This document shows positions 28,497-41,037 of a stretch of 54,734 bases of DNA, one piece after another; position 1 is the stretch's first letter; each line of letters opens with the position of its first letter. The notes beneath the pieces are model-generated. The model did not search any database, was not told the DNA's origin, and saw nothing but the letters and a program-made list of their open reading frames with translations. The translations under genes and the position numbers were made by a program. The stretch covers positions 1-54,734 of the forward strand of contig NZBG01000004.1 in the NCBI GenBank assembly GCA_002687795.1, given 5' to 3'. The DNA is from Candidatus Woesearchaeota archaeon. Lineage in GTDB: Archaea; Nanobdellota; Nanobdellia; Woesearchaeales; GCA-2687795.

Positions 28497-29054
28497 TTAT
28501 TTCTTTAGCTCGATTTCATCATCTAACATCTTTCTTCCCTTTTGCTTCTCCAGCAATGCATAAACGCTGCTATGCTTAGAACCATTCAGCAAACTTTCAA
28601 TAGCTTTCTTGCACATCATCACATTCCCAACCTCGCCTATAATGCCGATAGTTTTACCATAAATAGAAATCTGGGTATCAGTCAAATTCTCAATAATCCT
28701 CCTGCTCTTGCCCTCTTTCCCGATAGCCCTTCCCTTCAGCCTCAACAAACTCTTCTTTCCCTTAATATAATCATTAATATCAATTAACTCAAAAACATAA
28801 TCGCTCTTCAAAAGCAGCAGGGCAGTCTCAGGATTAAACCCTCTCCCAATTGCTTTGATAACATCCTGTGTTGTATAAAGCTTTAAGCTGTCTGTCCCTG
28901 AAACAAAAACATCACCCTCTTTAGAATCTACATTGATCTTTGTGTCGGTTGCCGCTTCTATCTTGTTCTTAACACAGCCATCCTTGCCTATCAGCACAGC
29001 TATCCTGTCCTTTGGAATCTTTAAATCATACTTATATTCTGCCATATTAATCAT
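28497..29054 (-). CDS. KH-domain RNA-binding protein (aDim2/Pno1-like)
   Basis: Two KH modules, with IGKDG and IGKEG (GxxG) loops. Confidence 0.8.
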   Translation of the reverse strand: MINMAEYKYDLKIPKDRIAVLIGKDGCVKNKIEAATDTKINVDSKEGDVFVSGTDSLKLYTTQDVIKAIGRGFNPETALLLLKSDYVFELIDINDYIKGKKSLLRLKGRAIGKEGKSRRIIENLTDTQISIYGKTIGIIGEVGNVMMCKKAIESLLNGSKHSSVYALLEKQKGRKMLDDEIELKK

Positions 29055-29110
29055 TCTTAATACCTAGTTGTTTATTAAGATTTCCTATGTTTGCGAGAAT
29101 TAGTAATTCG

Positions 29111-29182
29111 GAATGTTGTTTAAAAGGGGTTGTTAAGTTCTTTTCCCCTACGAAGTAGGGGAGGGAAGTATGACGGAGGGAC
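29111..29182. repeat. Conserved intergenic element, copy A (partner at 53707..53782)
   Basis: By-eye alignment gives roughly 75 percent identity. It includes the shared gaagtatgacg core and the c.cta.gaagta.g and aatgtt blocks. Confidence 0.55.
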
Positions 29183-30031
29183 TCGCCGCAATAAAGTGCT
29201 TAGCACCATTAAGCAACAGAAGAAAGGAGTAAATCTAGTAGAAGTGAATTATATTTTCTTCTTAATTTTTTCATATATCCAGGTTAATATAATTATTATA
29301 AAACCATGAAATAAGTTATATATTAAATATTTATTAGTAACAATAGTTAATTCACCAATAATAACAGAATTTAGAATTAAAAGGATTGGATGAAGACTAA
29401 AAATAAAAACAAAAGGAATAATTTTTTTTAAATTAATTTCTGTCTTAGAGTATTTCCATACCCAAGCAATTAAGACTAAAATGGTAAATACAACTAAAAT
29501 AAATGATATTATCCAAAGATGACCAAATATGTCCTTGTATTTGATTAAAAAATATATATCACGAAATCGAAATATGATGGCTCCTATTAAGAATAAGATA
29601 ATGGTTATTCTCGCAAAAATTATAAAATTTTTTTCTATTTATATTAAGTTGGATAGCGATCTTTGGATTACTATTTACTGATGAATTACCATTAGATTAT
29701 ATTGTTACTGGAATGTATTTTTGTTATTCAGTTTTATTTTTATGTCAATCATTTATTTTCTTAACCACTAAATATGTTGGCTATTATACATCACCATTTA
29801 AAAAAATGAGCCATAATAAAATTGCTGGAATAATACTCCTTTTAATTGGACTTGGACTTTTGATTACTACGTTAGTTTCTTATGTAATTGTTTAATTAAG
29901 CCCTGAAATTATAATTGTGCATAATATCTTTTAAACGAACCTTTAATAAGAATAAATATCTTCCCAAACACCATCTTTTAAATATAGAAAACTATTTAAA
30001 CAAAATGCTTTAAACTATTCAGTGAGGGTTA

Positions 30032-30664
30032 ATGATAAATCTTGTAAAACAATTTATTAATAAGGTTCTAAAGAACATCTTTAAAAAGAAAAAGCACCTT
30101 AAATTAGGAATATATGGTGCGCCAAATAGTGGGAAAACCACTCTTGCAAACAAAATATGCCAGGACTGGCTGGGAGAGGATATGGGAAATGTTTCCAATA
30201 TAGCCCATGAAACAAGAGAAGTCCAGATAAAAGAGCAGATTAATATCAAACATAAGGGAAAAGAACTGTCATTTAACCTTGTAGACACGCCGGGAATAGC
30301 CACAAAGATTGATTATGAGGACTTTATCAAGGTTGGGCTAAAGCAAAGCGAAGCAAAGAAAAGAGCCAAAGAAGCCACTAAAGGCGTTATTGACTCAATC
30401 AAATGGCTGGATGATATGGATGCTGTTGTAATTACCCTTGATGCAACTAAAGACCCTTACTCCCAAGTCAATATAACCATTGTCGGCAATCTTCAGGCAA
30501 GGAAAATACCAGTTTTAATAGTTGCAAATAAGATAGATTTAAAAAAGGCAAATATTAAAAAGATAGAAGCTGCGTTTCCTCAGTATGATGTAATAGGAAT
30601 CTCAGCTAAATATGGCAAAAACGTTGATAAGTTTTATGAAGCATTGTTTGTAATAACAAGCTAA
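30032..30664 (+). CDS. Small GTP-binding protein
   Basis: G1 GAPNSGKT, G3 DTPG, G4 NKID. Confidence 0.8.
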   Translation: MINLVKQFINKVLKNIFKKKKHLKLGIYGAPNSGKTTLANKICQDWLGEDMGNVSNIAHETREVQIKEQINIKHKGKELSFNLVDTPGIATKIDYEDFIKVGLKQSEAKKRAKEATKGVIDSIKWLDDMDAVVITLDATKDPYSQVNITIVGNLQARKIPVLIVANKIDLKKANIKKIEAAFPQYDVIGISAKYGKNVDKFYEALFVITS

Positions 30665-30705
30665 ATACATAAAAAAAGGAGGTTTAGAAAGTAAATCTTT
30701 GGAAA

Positions 30706-31098
30706 ATGCTTACACTACAATTTATGGCTTACTCAGAGATAGAGAACCTGAACTCATCTAATAGGATTAAGAAGATATTGGATATAGTTAAAGAGAATAA
30801 GATTGTGCTGCTTGAAGGAAAGCTAAAGAAGGAAGAGGAAGCCAGCTTAATACAGGCAACCATGGAAGAAATCAACAACAAATTCAAAGGCATAGAGCTA
30901 AGCGCCTTTGACTATGCAAAAGGAGAAGAGGTTTTTATTAACAAGCTGAGAAAGAACTTTGCAAGGTTCTTATTAGGGCATAGAAATGGGATGACTATAA
31001 TCGGGCCTGCATCAATTGTCAAAGAAATCAAAAAAGATCCTAATAAAATAGAACTGCTAACCAAAGATGGAAATAAAAAAAGGTCAAAAAAGAGGTGA
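30706..31098 (+). CDS. Archaeal conserved protein (DUF2073-like, from recollection of the GTPase-linked family)
   Basis: 130-aa ORF between the GTPase and the Zn-ribbon gene. The assignment rests on gene order and is unverified. Confidence 0.45.
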   Translation: MLTLQFMAYSEIENLNSSNRIKKILDIVKENKIVLLEGKLKKEEEASLIQATMEEINNKFKGIELSAFDYAKGEEVFINKLRKNFARFLLGHRNGMTIIGPASIVKEIKKDPNKIELLTKDGNKKRSKKR

Positions 31099-31101
31099 AT
31101 A

Positions 31102-31485
31102 ATGCCACACCAATGTGTTGTCTGTAGTACCTTTTATGATGATGGCGCACAGGAGATTCTAAAAGGCTGCCCTTGCGGCGGCAAGCTCTTTTTTTATATT
31201 AAGAAGTCTAACATTGAAAAAGCAAAAAAGATAACTGAAGAAGCTAAATTAACAGAAATAGATAAAAAACAGATAGAACAGGATGTAAGGGAATTAGCAG
31301 GTGAAGAAGACAATGAAACACCTGTTGTGCTGGACTTAGAAGCTGTGAAGGTTATAAAGCCAGGCAAGTATGAACTTGACTTATTGCACTTGTTCAAGGG
31401 TGAGCCTTTGATATTCAAGCTGGAAGAAGGAAAGTATATAGTTGATTTGATTCAAAGCTTTAAGAACCTAAAAAAAGAGGGCTAG
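31102..31485 (+). CDS. Zn-ribbon protein (DUF2072/COG3364-like)
   Basis: N-terminal CVVC...CPCGG ribbon followed by a charged helical region. Confidence 0.55.
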   Translation: MPHQCVVCSTFYDDGAQEILKGCPCGGKLFFYIKKSNIEKAKKITEEAKLTEIDKKQIEQDVRELAGEEDNETPVVLDLEAVKVIKPGKYELDLLHLFKGEPLIFKLEEGKYIVDLIQSFKNLKKEG

Positions 31486-31491
31486 TAAAAG

Positions 31492-31848
31492 ATGGAAAAG
31501 AGGGCGGTTTATAAAGGCAAATCAGTAGTCGGATTAGTGGAAGACGTAACTGTTTTTGGAAAAAATAAGGGAAAGAAACTCAGGGCAAGGATAGATACAG
31601 GCGCAACAAAAAGTAGTATTGATAAAGATTTGGTGAAAGAATTGGGTATAGGCCCTGTTATAGGAAAAAGGTGGGTTAAATCTGCTCATGGCACAACGCT
31701 GAGGCCCGTTGTAAAAATAAAAATAAAGCTATCCAAACGGAAGATGAATTATAAGTTTACTATTGCAGACAGGAAGCATATGAGATATAAAATCTTAATC
31801 GGGCAGAATATACTCCAAAAACATTTCTTAATAGACCCCTCAAAATAA
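31492..31848 (+). CDS. Retropepsin-like aspartic protease (RimB / PF05618-like)
   Basis: 118 aa. The RIDTGATKSSI active-site-like DTGA motif, and it sits directly upstream of a RimK ligase. Confidence 0.6.
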   Translation: MEKRAVYKGKSVVGLVEDVTVFGKNKGKKLRARIDTGATKSSIDKDLVKELGIGPVIGKRWVKSAHGTTLRPVVKIKIKLSKRKMNYKFTIADRKHMRYKILIGQNILQKHFLIDPSK

Positions 31849-31849
31849 G

Positions 31850-32956
31850 ATGAAAGCCGCATTAATCAGCTTGGGATCAGAAAGTTCAAAATGGATAGCC
31901 AAAGCTATGAAGAAATATTTTGAGGATGTAGATGAGATAAACCTTAAAAATATTGAAATAGACCTTTCCCATAAAGAGCTGGAGATTCTTTACAAAGGAG
32001 ATCCTTTAGGGGAATATGATTGTGTATATGAAAGGGGCTCTTTTAAATATGAGCCAGTGTTGAAATCCATTGCGGTTGCATTGTCTGAAACAACATACAT
32101 TCCAATACAACCAGCAGCTTTCTACCTGGGCCATGATAAGCTTCTAACACAGCTGGAGCTCCAGAAGCATAATATACCCATGCCTAAGACATACCTGACA
32201 CCCACTCTGGGCTCAACAAAAGCAATACTGGAAAAAATAAATTATCCCATTATCATGAAATTCCCTGCAGGTACAGGTGGAAAAGGCGTGATGTATGCTG
32301 AAAGTCTTCCAGCAGCTTCTTCCATTCTTGATGCATTAACCGCGTTAAAGCAGCCTTTTATAATCCAGGAATATATAGAGACTGAAGGCGTTGATACCAG
32401 GGCAATAGTCGCTGGCGATACTGTTGTAGCTGCAATGAAAAGGAAGGCTGTGAAAGGAGAAAAAAGGTCTAATATACATGCTGGCGGTGTGGGAGAAGCC
32501 TGTGTTCTGGATAGATACACAAAAAAGATTGCAATAGAAACAGCTAAGATCATTGGCGCGGAAATCTGCGCAGTTGATATCCTTGAAGGTGCTAAGGGTC
32601 CAATGGTAATCGAAATAAATCTTTCTCCCGGACTGCAGGGTATCACAAAAGCCACAAAGATTGATGTTGCAGACAAAATGGCCAAGTATCTCTATAAAAG
32701 AACAAAAGAAATCACAGAAAAGGGCAAAAAAAAGGTTGCTTCAGAGATACTTGAAGACCTGGACATTCTAAAACCAGGCAAACTAAAAGAGATAATCACA
32801 ACATTAGACTTCAGGGGCAATAGAATCCTGCTCCCTGAACTGGTAACCAATGTCAGCAAATTTGATGAAAAAAAAGAAGTAATAATAAACATAGACAAAG
32901 GCAATCTGTCTGTAAGGGAATCAGAGATAGGCAGGGAAAAAGAGAAGAAAAAGTAG
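31850..32956 (+). CDS. rimK: RimK-family ATP-grasp alpha-L-glutamate ligase
   Basis: ATP-grasp motifs (P.IMKF..GTGGKGV, IQEYI, AVDILE...GP.V.EIN.SPG). Confidence 0.85.
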   Translation: MKAALISLGSESSKWIAKAMKKYFEDVDEINLKNIEIDLSHKELEILYKGDPLGEYDCVYERGSFKYEPVLKSIAVALSETTYIPIQPAAFYLGHDKLLTQLELQKHNIPMPKTYLTPTLGSTKAILEKINYPIIMKFPAGTGGKGVMYAESLPAASSILDALTALKQPFIIQEYIETEGVDTRAIVAGDTVVAAMKRKAVKGEKRSNIHAGGVGEACVLDRYTKKIAIETAKIIGAEICAVDILEGAKGPMVIEINLSPGLQGITKATKIDVADKMAKYLYKRTKEITEKGKKKVASEILEDLDILKPGKLKEIITTLDFRGNRILLPELVTNVSKFDEKKEVIINIDKGNLSVRESEIGREKEKKK

Positions 32957-32968
32957 TGCTTATTGCAA

Positions 32969-33880
32969 ATGAGCTTAAATCTTATTCTGGAAACTATAAA
33001 GAAGCTTTCAAGCCATAAATATGTTATATTAACCTCAAGAGGCAATTCTGCTATCTATATAGCGCTTTCTTTGGCAAAGAAATTTTCTAAAGGCAGCATC
33101 CTTATACCTGACCAGGCTGGCTGGCTGACTTATAAGCAGTATTCTAAGAAGCTAAAGCTTGGGGCAAGTGAGCTAAGGACTGATTATGGAGTTATTCAGT
33201 TAAATGAACTTAAGTCGAAACTAAAAGAAGCCTCTGCTTTGATATGTCAAAATGCTCGGAGAAATCTCCAAGCATTTTTTCCAGATAAGTCACACCACAA
33301 GTCAAAGAATTATGGTGCGATTATCTACCAGAACCCGGCAGGCTACTTTGCTGAGCAGCCATCAAAAGAGATTTATAGTTTATGCAAAGGAAAATGCACT
33401 GTTATTTGCGATGTTACAGGCGCAGTTGGAACCAGTATGTGCAATGGCAACTCTGTTGATATCATGGTATGCTCTTTTGGCAAATGGAAGCCGATTAACC
33501 TGGGCTATGGAGGGTTTATATCCTTTAATGACAAAGCATACCTTGAATTCACTAAAAAGCTTATGGAAGAAAAGCCAAACCTGTCTTTTGACGATAGTTC
33601 TGGGAGATATAGTCAGTTGCTTAATAAGCTAAACACATTAAACAAAAAACAGAAGTTATTCTCTGAAATAAACAAAAAAATTAAAAATGATTTAAAAGGC
33701 TTTGAGATTATCCATAAGGATAAGAGAGGCGTTAATGTTATTGTTAAGTTTAATGATGAAGCTGAAAAAGAAAAAATTATTAAATACTGCAGCACTAACA
33801 ACTATGATTTTGTTTTATGCCCAAGATACATAAGGGTTAATGAAAAAGCTGTTAGCATTGAAGTCAAAAGACTGGGGTGA
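32969..33880 (+). CDS. Putative PLP-dependent (fold-type I, DegT-like) enzyme
   Basis: LTSRGNSAI and CSFGKWKPI..GYGGF resemble the DegT SF..KxxxxGEGG lysine region. Start moved to ATG 32969. Weak call. Confidence 0.35.
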   Translation: MSLNLILETIKKLSSHKYVILTSRGNSAIYIALSLAKKFSKGSILIPDQAGWLTYKQYSKKLKLGASELRTDYGVIQLNELKSKLKEASALICQNARRNLQAFFPDKSHHKSKNYGAIIYQNPAGYFAEQPSKEIYSLCKGKCTVICDVTGAVGTSMCNGNSVDIMVCSFGKWKPINLGYGGFISFNDKAYLEFTKKLMEEKPNLSFDDSSGRYSQLLNKLNTLNKKQKLFSEINKKIKNDLKGFEIIHKDKRGVNVIVKFNDEAEKEKIIKYCSTNNYDFVLCPRYIRVNEKAVSIEVKRLG

Positions 33881-34140
33881 TTAATATGAAAAAGCTGTTT
33901 TTGTTTGTGGTTGTTTTCCTGGTAATAGGCGCATACCTTATTATCCAGAATAATAATCTTGATATAGAGGAAGAGGAAGGTAGGAAGAAGTTTCTTACAA
34001 GCTTTACAGGCTGGCTCTTTAAGGTTGGCAAAAGCACAAAGAATGTTGCAAGCTATGCAACAGAGCAGGAATGGCTGCCAGATGAGGAAGCTGTTAACCA
34101 GACAAACACAAGTGTATTTATTTTTGAGGAAACAAAATGA
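33877..34140 (+). CDS. Small N-terminally anchored protein
   Basis: 87 aa with one TM helix. Overlapping start and stop link it to both neighbours. Confidence 0.4.
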   Translation: MINMKKLFLFVVVFLVIGAYLIIQNNNLDIEEEEGRKKFLTSFTGWLFKVGKSTKNVASYATEQEWLPDEEAVNQTNTSVFIFEETK

Positions 34141-34547
34141 GCCTTAGGATGCCTGAATCAATGGAAGAATGCATTTACTTTACTAAGAGGACTATTGACG
34201 ATGGCAGGGTAACTGCCTGGGTTTTCAAAGAAAACTGCTCAAAATGCGGGAAAGCATTGATGGGCAAGCCTATAGAGAAAGGTAAGGTTAAGATTAGGGC
34301 AAAAGAATATGTATGCCCCGAATGCGGCTATACAGTTGGCAAAGAGGAATATGAAGAAACGCTAACTGCAAATATTAGCTATACCTGCCCCCACTGCAGC
34401 TTTGAAGGCGAAATCCAGGTGCCTTTCAAAAGAAAAAAGATTCAGCTTGTTAATGAAGAGACTGGAAAAAAGAAGGTGGTTGATGCTTTAAGGTTCCAGT
34501 GCGAGAAGTGCGGAGAGGATATAGATATAACGAAGAAGATGAAGTAA
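34137..34547 (+). CDS. Double zinc-ribbon protein
   Basis: Four CxxC pairs: CSKCG, CPECG, CPHCS, CEKCG. Confidence 0.6.
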   Translation: MSLRMPESMEECIYFTKRTIDDGRVTAWVFKENCSKCGKALMGKPIEKGKVKIRAKEYVCPECGYTVGKEEYEETLTANISYTCPHCSFEGEIQVPFKRKKIQLVNEETGKKKVVDALRFQCEKCGEDIDITKKMK

Positions 34548-34570
34548 ATCTTATTTTTTGGGGGTAGAAT

Positions 34571-34927
34571 ATGAGCGATGGCCAATATGTTCCAAGTACA
34601 ATAGATGAAGAGGTAAAGGCCGTTATGGCTGATTCACACGCTAAAAACATGGTAAGGATGATGATGGTTAGCGGTAGAGAACCAAGCGAATATCATTTAA
34701 GGGATGGTGAAAAAGCCATTGCAGAAGAATTGGGCAAATTAGGCGTTATTAGGGTTGCCAGCATAGGCGATGGGGAAAGGCCTGTTCTTAATGGTGTTCT
34801 TGGGGATGATTATCAAGAGGAAGGCAGATATAGGACAGAAATGGAATCTTTATGTGGATATGAAAATAAGATTTTATCATCGGAGAATACTAGATTTCTG
34901 TTAGCTTTCTTGGGTATTGAGGCATGA
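34571..34927 (+). CDS. Hypothetical protein
   Basis: 118-aa ORF. No motif recognised. Confidence 0.4.
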   Translation: MSDGQYVPSTIDEEVKAVMADSHAKNMVRMMMVSGREPSEYHLRDGEKAIAEELGKLGVIRVASIGDGERPVLNGVLGDDYQEEGRYRTEMESLCGYENKILSSENTRFLLAFLGIEA

Positions 34928-34942
34928 CCAACAAGAAGCAGT

Positions 34943-35380
34943 TCACTTATACTCTCCAAACTCTTTAGGATTAGCAATATCAGTATAATTATCCTTAAGC
35001 TTTCTCTCAGGGAAATCCTCTTTTCTAAAGAATTTGTTTTCAAAAAACTCCTTTAGCTTTCTCATCATCTCTGGTATTTTCTTGTTAAGCTCAAGCCCTT
35101 TTATCTTATCTATGTTAAATATTACTGAGGCTGAAACTATCCCTATCATTATAATTAAAGAAGGGCCCATAAGCTCGTTCTTAACAACCACTTTCTCCAT
35201 AACCTTTATCTCATGGCACTTGAAATCAGAGCCGCAATAGAATCCCTCACCGCAGTCAGCATCTGTATTACATTCCCTTGAAAGATAGCTCATAGCCACA
35301 AACACCACAACAACTATCAAGAAGGTTGACAGCATAACAATAGCTGCGGATGCTTTTTTGTTGTTGAGAAATATTGCCAT
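34943..35380 (-). CDS. Membrane protein with a Cys-rich ectodomain knot
   Basis: 145 aa with two TM helices and CNTDADCGEGFYCGSDFKC. Confidence 0.45.
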   Translation of the reverse strand: MAIFLNNKKASAAIVMLSTFLIVVVVFVAMSYLSRECNTDADCGEGFYCGSDFKCHEIKVMEKVVVKNELMGPSLIIMIGIVSASVIFNIDKIKGLELNKKIPEMMRKLKEFFENKFFRKEDFPERKLKDNYTDIANPKEFGEYK

Positions 35381-35432
35381 AAAGTGACTAGGGAAGTAGG
35401 TTCTTTTTTTAAACTTTTTCTCTTAAATAAAA

Positions 35433-35472
35433 CGGGCATTCACCCACTATTTAAAAGCAGGGTGAATGCTCG
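35433..35472. promoter_or_regulatory. Inverted repeat in the divergent region upstream of gyrB
   Basis: cgggcattcaccc and gggtgaatgctcg are separated by 14 nt. The arms are 13 nt with one mismatch. Confidence 0.3.
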
Positions 35473-35706
35473 TTCTTATTTGCTCAAAAATAGGGTTGAA
35501 CCCCCGATTTTTTTCAATTACTGCAAAGTTAAAAAGTAAAAAATTCTTTAACCGTTCTTCAAGCTTTAAAACCCTAAAATTCTTAACCTTCAAATACCAA
35601 AATTTTAATGGTAGAGGGCCTGTAACCCCATTTTACAATCGAAACCTTTATATAGTTTTTACCATTATTTTTTAATGGAAATAAGCTGATTTTCTTATGA
35701 TTTTAG

Positions 35707-37650
<1,944 letters not shown>

Positions 37651-37736
37651 ACCACAATAACCTTTAAATATAACCTGATATTCCCCTTTTCTTAGATTAA
37701 TCATTCTGATAATAGCATGAACGGGGGGATTAGAAA

Positions 37737-38003
37737 ATGATGATAAAGCCATTAAAAGACAGAGTGCTCATAAAGCCAAAAGAGGTTGAAGAAAAAACAG
37801 AAGGCGGCATATATGTGCCAGATTCTGCAAGAGAAGACAAGATACAGGAAGGAGAAGTCATAGCAGTAGGAGACAGTTCTGAGGTCACTTTAAAGCCGGG
37901 AGACAAAGTGCTGTTTGAAGATGTTGGCTGCACAGAACTGAAAGTTAACAGCAAAAGGCATGTTATAATGAATATCAAGGACATATTAGCTAAGATAGAA
38001 TAA
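37737..38003 (+). CDS. groES: Co-chaperonin GroES
   Basis: IKPLKDRVLIKP...EEKTEGGIYVP is the canonical Cpn10 signature. Confidence 0.9.
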   Translation: MMIKPLKDRVLIKPKEVEEKTEGGIYVPDSAREDKIQEGEVIAVGDSSEVTLKPGDKVLFEDVGCTELKVNSKRHVIMNIKDILAKIE

Positions 38004-39662
<1,659 letters not shown>

Positions 39663-39757
39663 GGTTTATATTTTCTTAATTTCTATGATTTTATATCTAA
39701 TCAGTAGTAACAAAACCGAAAGCTTTATAAAGCCTTAATATTATCTAGTTTACTATT

Positions 39758-40771
39758 ATGGATAATAATTCAAATAATAAGCAGCACTTACAGGATATTA
39801 TTAAACATTTCTCTGTTCCTATAGTAGTTGCAAAACTCGTTCTTGGCCCAATGGTGCCAATAGCGCCTGTAGTATTAAGCAATTGTGATCTTGGATTTGG
39901 TCCAAATATACCTGAACTTGTTGAAGGGGAAGAGGACGGTTCTGATGAGCCTCCTATTGAACTAGAGCCTCCAAGAGAGCCTAGAAATGTATTATGGATT
40001 GCGGGAGATGACATCGCTCAAAGATATGCAAAATCTTATGCACAAGACTGGGAATCGATTAAGGACATAGTTGTAGAAAAAACCTTGAATGCAGAAATAT
40101 GGAATGTAAGCAAACAAGAGTATCTAGATGAAGCAAGGCTTTTGCTTTTTGAAGCGAAGCAGGCATGGTTAAGAGATGAAAGTAATCGGAAAGAACAAAT
40201 TGCATGGAAAGATGAAGAGCTTTCATTTGAAAGAGATAATATTTATCCTTATAAATTATCAGATCCAGATGGTATCTTAGAAAAGATTAAAGAATTTGAT
40301 GGCAGAATCGACTATCTTTTTGTCGAGGTTCATGGAAGAAGAGAGGATATAGGAGTTGACATTGAAGATAGTCCGAATGAATACTTATCAATAGAAGAAC
40401 TTCTTAATTTATCTGAAGAGGACAAAGAACTAATTAGAAGCAAGTTTGATGAGAATTCAAGAATTCTCTTGCATTGTTGCGAAGTTGGGGAAGATTATGA
40501 AAAAGGTCATAATACATTTGCAGAGGCTCTTGCAGATGTTCTTGGTATTCCTGTTTATGCATCTGAAATAACAGTATGGGGTTCTTCTAGAGGAGGCACA
40601 ACAATTGGATATTTCAAAGAAGTTCAACCAGACAGAATAGAAGACGTCCTGGCATATAACTACCAATTACTCAATCAAGATACTTATTCCGCAAGAATAG
40701 CAAGGGGGGCACTAGAAAATGGCTCAGAAAGATTCTTTTCTCCTACATGTGATATACACATATACAACTGA
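39758..40771 (+). CDS. Hypothetical protein with a DUF4347-like His...Cys domain
   Basis: The C-terminal half (FVEVHG...ILLHCCEVGE...LADVLGIPVYASE) resembles the SHG...YGCNVA...VAAS pattern of DUF4347. From recollection only. Confidence 0.4.
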   Translation: MDNNSNNKQHLQDIIKHFSVPIVVAKLVLGPMVPIAPVVLSNCDLGFGPNIPELVEGEEDGSDEPPIELEPPREPRNVLWIAGDDIAQRYAKSYAQDWESIKDIVVEKTLNAEIWNVSKQEYLDEARLLLFEAKQAWLRDESNRKEQIAWKDEELSFERDNIYPYKLSDPDGILEKIKEFDGRIDYLFVEVHGRREDIGVDIEDSPNEYLSIEELLNLSEEDKELIRSKFDENSRILLHCCEVGEDYEKGHNTFAEALADVLGIPVYASEITVWGSSRGGTTIGYFKEVQPDRIEDVLAYNYQLLNQDTYSARIARGALENGSERFFSPTCDIHIYN

Positions 40772-41024
40772 AATAGAAATTGATGGTGTTCCTTATACAG
40801 CTATAAATAGAGCTAATTTATTTATTAAATCAGATGACCCAGAATCTGATTTAAATTATTTAGAAGTAACTCTTTATCCACAATCTTACTCTGGAGATTA
40901 TAAAAAACATACTTTGCTTTTTCCTGAACTAAAAAATACAAAAGGAAGATATAATAAGGAATCACAAGAATTCGCAGATATGGTACTTGGGAAAATATGC
41001 GAGAAATTACCTGATGTTGCATAA
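40719..41024 (+). CDS. Hypothetical protein (53-nt out-of-frame overlap with the upstream ORF)
   Basis: 101-aa ORF. No motif recognised. Confidence 0.3.
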   Translation: MAQKDSFLLHVIYTYTTEIEIDGVPYTAINRANLFIKSDDPESDLNYLEVTLYPQSYSGDYKKHTLLFPELKNTKGRYNKESQEFADMVLGKICEKLPDVA

Positions 41025-41037
41025 ATGCCTTTTAAAC

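Noticed and set aside
35466-35675. A 69-aa plus-strand ORF upstream of gyrB.
   Set aside because: It lies in an AT-rich intergenic spacer, begins inside the inverted repeat, and has no motif or ribosome-binding site.
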